A DNA stretch of 64,000 nucleotides, taken from the human T2T-CHM13v2.0 reference genome, Homo sapiens. The notes beneath the pieces were generated by a model. The model was not told where the DNA came from. It did no database searches and worked only from the letters and a program-made list of their open reading frames with translations. Below are positions 57,801 through 64,000 of the stretch, in pieces; the stretch's first letter is position 1; each line of letters opens with the position of its first letter. The DNA lies in NCBI RefSeq assembly GCF_009914755.1, contig NC_060933.1; one strand, 5' to 3'. Both the position numbers and the translations under genes were made by a program.

Positions 57801-60800
57801 GAATGGAATGGAATGGAATGGAATGCAATGGAATGGAATCAACCCGAGTGCAATCGAATGGAATCGAATGGAATGGAATGCAATGGAATGGATTCAACTT
57901 GAATGGAAGGGAAAGAATGGAATCAACACGAGTGGAATGGCATGGATTGGAATGCAATGGAATGGAATCAACCCGAGTATAGGGGAATGGAATGGAATGG
58001 AATGCAATGGAATGGAATCATCCGTAATGGAATGGAAAGGAATGGAATGGATTGGAATGGAATGGAATGGAATGGAATCAACTCGATTGCAATCGAATGG
58101 AATGGAATGGAATTAACCCGAATAGAATGGAATGGAATGGAATGGAACGGAACGGAATGGAATGGAATGGAATGGAATGGAACGGAAAGGAAGGGAATGG
58201 AATGGAATAGAATGGAATGGAATGGAATCAACGCGAGTGCAGGGGAATGGAATGGAATGGAATGCAATGGAATGGAATCTTCCGGAATGGAATGGAATGG
58301 AATGGAATGGAATGGAATGGAATGGAATCAACCCAAGTGCAACGGAATGGAGTGGAATGGAATGGAATGGAATGGAACAACCCGAATGGAATGGAATGTA
58401 ATGGAGAGTAAGGGAGTTGAATAGAATCAACCCGAATGTAAAAGAATGGAATGGAAAGGAATGGAATTGAATGGAATGGAATGGAATGCAATGGAATGGA
58501 ATCAACCCGAGTGCAGTGGAATGGAGAGGAATGGAATGGAATGGAATGGAAACTACCCAAATGGAATGGAATGTAATGGAGTGTAAGGGAATTGAATAGA
58601 ATCAATCCGAATGTAATGGAATGGAATGGAACGGAATGGAATGGAATGGAATGGAATGGAATGCAATGGAATGGAATCAACCCGAGTGCAATCGAATGGA
58701 ATCGAATGGAATGGAATGCAATGGAATGGATTCAACTTGAATGGAATGGAAAGAATGGAATCAACACGAGTGGAATGGCGTGGATTGGAATGGAATGGAA
58801 AGGAATCAACCCGAGTACAGGGGAATGGAATGGAATGGAATGCAATGGAATGGAATCATCCGTAATGGAATGGAAAGGAATGGAATGGAATGGAATGGAA
58901 TGGAATGGAATGGAATGGAATCAACTCGATTGCAATCAAATGGAATGGAATGGAATTAACCCGAATAGAATGGAATGGAATGGAATGGAACGGAACGGAA
59001 TGGAATGGAATGGAATGGAATGGAAAGTAACGGAAAGGAATGGAATGGAATGGAATGGAATGGAATGGAATGGAATGGAATCAACGCGAGTGCAGGGGAA
59101 TGGAATGGAATGGAATGCAATGGAATGGAATCTTCCGGAATGGAATGGAATGGAATGGAATGGAGTGAAATGCAATGGATTCAACTCGATTGCAATGGAA
59201 TGGAATAGAATGGAATGGAATGGAATGGAACGGAATGGAAAGGAATGGAATGGAATGGAATGTAATGGAATGGTATGGAATGGAATGGAATGGTACGGAA
59301 TAGAATGGAATGGAAGGAATTGTAATGGAATGGAATTGAATGGAATGGAATGGAATGGAATGGAGTCAACGCGAGTGCAGGGGAATGTAACGGAACGGAA
59401 TGCAATGGAATTGAATCATCCGGAATGGAATGGAATAGAATGGAATGGAATGGAATGGAATCAACCCGAGTGCAATGGAATGGAGTGGAATGGAATGGAA
59501 TGGAATGGAACAACCCGAATGGAATGGAATGTAATGGAGAGTAAGGGAGTTGAATAGAATCAATCCGAATGTAATGGAATGGAATGCAACGGAATGGAAT
59601 GGTATGTAATGGAATGGAATGGAATGGAATGCAATGGAATGGAATCATCCCGAGTACAATGGAATGGAATGGAATGGAATGGAATGAAATGGAATGGAAT
59701 GGAATGGAATGATACGGAATAGAATGGAATGGAACGAAATGAAATGGAATGGAATGGAATGAAATGGAATGGAATGGAATCGTTCCGAGTGGAATAGGAG
59801 GGAATGTATTCGAGTGGAATGGAAAGGAATGGTATCAACCAGAGTGGAATGGAAGGGAATGGAATGGAATGGAAACTAATAGAATGGAATCAACCCGAGT
59901 GGAATGGAATGGAAAGGACTGGAATGGAATGGAATGGAATGGAATCAACTCGATTGTAATGGAATGGAATGGAATGCAATGGAATGGAATGGAATGGAAT
60001 TAACCCGAATACAATGGAATGGAATGGAATGGAACGGAATGGAGTAGAATGGAATGGAATCAACCCGAGTGCAGGGGAATGGAATGGAATGGAATGCAAT
60101 GGAATGGAATCATCCGGAATGGAATGGAATGGAATGGAATGCAAAGCAATGGAATCAACTCGATTGCAATGGAATGGAATGGAATGGAAAGGAGTACATT
60201 GGAATCAACCCGAGTGGAATGGAATGGAAAGGACTGGAATGGAGTGGAATGGAATGGAATGGAATGGAATGGAATCAACTCTATTGGAATGGAATGGAAT
60301 GCAATGGAATGGAATTAACCCGAATAGAATGGAATGGAATGGAATGGAACGGAACGGAATGGAATGGAATGGAATGGAATGGAATGGAATGGAATGGAAT
60401 CAACCAGACTGCAGGGGAATGGAATGGAATGGAAGGCAATGGAATGGATTCAACTTGAATGGAATGGAAAGAATGGAATCAACACGAGTGGAATGGCATG
60501 GATTGGAATGGAATGGAATGGAATCAACCCGAGTACAGGGGAATGGAATGGAATGGAATGCAATGGAATGGAATCATCCGTAATGGAATGGAAAGGAATG
60601 GAATGGAATGGAATGGAATGGAATGGAATGGAATGGAATGGAATCAACTCGCTTGCAATCGAATGGAATGGAATGGAATTAACCCGAATAGGATGGAATG
60701 GAATAGAATGGAACGGAATGGAACGGAACGGAACGGAACGGAACGGATTGGAATGGAATGGAATGGAATTGTATGGAATGGAATGGCATGGTACGGAATA

Positions 60801-62000
60801 GAATGGAATGGAAAGAATTGGAATGGAATGGATTCGAATGCAATGGAATGGAATGGAATGGAATGGAATGGAATCAACCCGAGTGCAGGGGAATGTAATG
60901 GAACGGAATGCAATAGAATGGAATCATCCGGAATGGAATGGAATGGAATGGAATGGAATGGAATGGAATCAACCCGAGTGCAATGGAATGGAGTGGAATG
61001 GAATGGAATGGAATGGAACAACCCGAATGGAATGGAATTTAATGGAGAGTTAGGGAGTTGAATAGAATCAATCCGAATGTAATGGAATGGAACGGAATGG
61101 AATGGAATGGAATGGAATGGAATGGAATGGAATGCAATGGAATGGAATCAACCCGAGTACAATGGAACGGAATGGAATGGAATGTAATGTAATGGAATGG
61201 AATGGAATGGAATGGAATGGAATCAACCTGAGTGCAATGGAATGGAGAGGAATGGAATGGAATGGAATGGAAACTACCCGATTGGAATGGAATGGAATGG
61301 AGTGTAAGGGAGTTGAATAGAATCAATCCGAATGGAATGGAATGGAATGGAACGGAATGTAATGGAATGAAATGGAATGGAATAAACACGAGTGCAGGGG
61401 AATGGAATGGAATGGAATGCAATGGAATGGAATCATCCGGAATGGAATGGAATGGAATGCAATGGAATGGAATGGAATGGAATGAACCCGAGTGTAATGG
61501 AATGGAGTGAAATGGAATGGAATGGAATGGAAACAACCAGAATGGATTGGAATATAATGGAGTGTAAGGGAATTGAATAGAATCAATCTGAATGTAATTA
61601 AATGGAATGGAACGGAATGGAATGGAATGGAATGGAATGGAATGGAATGCAATGGAATGGAATCAACCCGAGTGCAATCGAATGGAATCGAATGGAATGG
61701 AATGCAATGGAATGGATTCAACTTCAATGGAAAGGAAAGAATGCAATCAACACGAGTGGAATGGCATGGATTGGAATGGAATGGAATGGAATCATCCCGA
61801 GTACAGGGTAATGGAATGGAATGGAATGCAATGGAATGGAATCATCAGTAATGGAATGGAAAGGAATGGAAAGGACTGGAATGGAATGGAATGGAATGGA
61901 ATGGAAAGGAATCAACTCGATTGCAATCGAAAGGAATGGAATGGAATTAACCCGAATAGAATGGAATGGAATGGAATGGAACGGAACGGAATGGAATGGA
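54880..62000 (+). repeat. Direct duplication of about 1.9 kb, offset about 5.24 kb (about 54880-56780 vs about 60110-62000)
   Basis: GCAAAGCAAT (54915/60141), GGCATGGTACGG (55543/60785), AAGGAAAGAATG (about 56480/61732), ATCATCAGTAAT..GGAAAGGAATGGAAAGGA (56589/61841). Confidence 0.75.
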
Positions 62001-64000
62001 ATGGAATGGAATGGAATGGAATGGAAGGGAATGCAATGGAATGGAGTGGAATGGAATCAACCTGAGTGCAATGGAATGGAGTGAAATGGAATGGAATGGA
62101 ATGGAGACAACCAGAATGGATTGGAATATAATGGAGTGTAAGGGAATTGAATAGAATCAATCTGAATGTAATGAAAAGGAATGGAACGGAATGCAATGGA
62201 ATGGAATGGAATGGAATGGAATGCAATGGAATGGAATCAACCCGAGTGCAATCGAATGGAATCGAATGGAATGGAATGCAATGGAATGGATTCAACTTGA
62301 ATGGAATGGAAAGAATGGAATCAACACGAGTGGAATGGCATGGATTGGAATGGAATGGAATGGAATCACCCCGAGTACAGGGGAATGGAATGGAATGGAA
62401 TGCAATGGAATGGAATAATCCGTAATGGAATGGAAAGGAATGGAATGGAATGGAATGGAATGGAATGGAATGGAATCAACTCGATTGCAATCGAATGGAA
62501 TGGAATGGAATTAACCCGAATAGAATGGAATGGAATGGAATGGAACGGAACGGAATGGAATGGAATGGAATAGAATGGAATGGAACAGAAAGGAAGGGAA
62601 TGGAATGGAATAAAATGGAATGGAATGGAATCAACGCGAGTGCAGGGGAATGGAATGGAATGGAATGCAATGGAATGGAATCTTCCGGAATGGAATGGAA
62701 TGGAATGGAATGGAATGGAATGGAATGGAATAAACCCGTGTGCAATGGAATGGAGTGGAATGGAATGGAATGGAATGGAACAACCCGAATGGAATGGAAT
62801 GTAATGGAGAGTAAGGGAGTTGAAAGAATGAATCCGAATGTAATGGAATGGAATGGAACGGAATGGGATGGAATGGAATGGAATGGAATGGAATGGAATG
62901 AAATGGAATGGAATCAACCCGAATACAATGGAATGGAATGGAATGGAATGGAATGGAATGGAATGGAATGGAATGGAATGGAATGCAATGGAATGGAATT
63001 TTCCGGAATGGAATGGAATGGAATGGAATGAAATGGATTCAACTCGATTGCAATGGAATGGAAAAGAATGGAATGGAATGGAATGGAATGGGATGGAATG
63101 AAACCGAATAGAATGAATGGAATGGAATGGAACGGAACAGAACGGAACGGAACGGAACGGAGTGGAATGGAATGGAATGGAATTGTATGGAATGGAACGG
63201 AATGGTACGGAATAGAATGGAATGGAAAGAATTGGAATGGAATGGAATCGAATGGAATGGAATGGAATGGAATGGAATCAACCCGAGTGCAGGGGAATGT
63301 AATGGAACGGAATGCAATGGAATGGAATCATCCGGAATGGAATGGAATGGAATGGAATGGAATGGAATGGAATGGAATCAACCCGAGCGCAATGGAATGG
63401 AGTGGAATGGAATGGAATGGAATGGAATGGAACAACCCGAATGGAATGGAATGTAATGGAGAGTAAGGGAGTTGAATAGAATCAATCCGAATGTAATGGA
63501 ATGGAATGGAATGGAATGGAATGGAATGGAATGGAATGGAATGGAATGGAATGCAATGGAATGGAATCAACCCGAGTACAATGGAACGGAATGGAATGGA
63601 ATGTAATGTAATGTAATGTAATGGAATGGAATGGAATGGAATCAACCTGAGTGCAATGGAATGGAGAGGAATGGAATGGAATGGAATGGAAACTACCCGA
63701 TTGGAATGGAATGGAATGGAGTGTAAGGGAATTGAATAGAATCAATCCGAATGGAATGGAATGCAATGGAACGAAATGTAATGTAATGGAATGGAATGGA
63801 ATCAACCCGAGTGCAGGGGAATGGAATGGAATGGAATGGAATGCAATGGAATGGAATCATCCGGAATGGAATGGAATGGAATGCAATGGAATGGAATGGA
63901 ATGGAATCAACCCGAGTGCAATGGAATGTAGTGAAATGGAATGGAATGGAATGGAGACAACCAGAATGGATTGGAATATAATGGAGTGTAAGGGAATTGA

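Larger units (their letters stand above)
1..64000. repeat. Human Satellite III (HSat3) array, (CATTC)n/(GGAAT)n with interspersed CAAC(C/A/G/T)CGA(G/A/T)T spacer motifs; extends beyond both window ends
   Basis: The pentamer dominates every line. The recurrent decamer ACTCGGGTTG/CAACCCGAGT (e.g. 126-135, 26096-26105) is the diagnostic spacer of classical satellite 3. I see no non-satellite interruption anywhere. Confidence 0.97.
25986..64000 (+). repeat. Right HSat3 arm: G-rich (GGAAT)n on + strand, inverted relative to the left arm
   Basis: The + strand reads ...ggaatggaat... throughout. The same modules appear reverse-complemented (CAACCCGAGT, GTAAGGGAGTTGAATAGAATCAATCCG) and ORF polarity is swapped. 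Confidence 0.97.

Noticed and set aside
1-64000. Hundreds of ORFs, longest 37252..38619 (+, 455 aa), encoding MEWNG or IPFHS repeats
   Set aside because: (GGAAT)3 and (ATTCC)3 are stop-free 15-nt periods, so long overlapping ORFs arise in all frames on both strands. There is no domain, no codon structure independent of the repeat and no gene context.
1-64000. CRISPR-like repeat/spacer appearance (conserved CAACCCGAGT-type motifs separated by variable-length tracts)
   Set aside because: The intervening sequence is pentamer repeat, not unique spacers. Spacing is variable and there are no cas genes or leader.
1-64000. Assignment to HSat2, telomeric repeat, alpha satellite or DYZ1
   Set aside because: CATTCGATTC is only sporadic, there is no TTAGGG and no 171-bp monomer, and no strict 3.5-kb periodicity is visible. 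A chr9q12-type HSat3 origin is plausible, but chromosome, subfamily and species cannot be fixed without k-mer comparison.
25986-64000. Canonical G-quadruplex motifs
   Set aside because: G runs are mostly GG, with isolated GGG or GGGG far apart. The known unusual structure of (GGAAT)n involves sheared G-A pairs and is generic to the satellite.

Overview
The whole 64 kb is classical human/great-ape Satellite III (HSat3): a degenerate (CATTC)n/(GGAAT)n pentamer array punctuated by CAACCCGAGT-type spacer motifs, as found in pericentromeric heterochromatin. I see no gene, RNA gene, transposon or CRISPR array. Every ORF in the track is a by-product of the stop-free pentamer (MEWNG or IPFHS repeats). 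The main structural event is one clean strand inversion at 25985/25986: CATTC on + to the left, GGAAT on + to the right. The join is the palindrome ATTCCATGGAAT, with a 2-bp AT microhomology and no inserted sequence. Below the pentamer level, the array is a patchwork of about a dozen recurring variant modules. One of them is a perfect three-unit heat-shock element (GAAtcTTCcgGAA), about 40 copies by eye. There are also nested duplications with offsets from 30 bp to about 20 kb, a more diverged block at about 17.5-21 kb, and one module seen only in the left arm. I found no evidence for a new protein-coding system; the interesting content is non-coding architecture. All alignments and counts were done by eye, so duplication boundaries are approximate.
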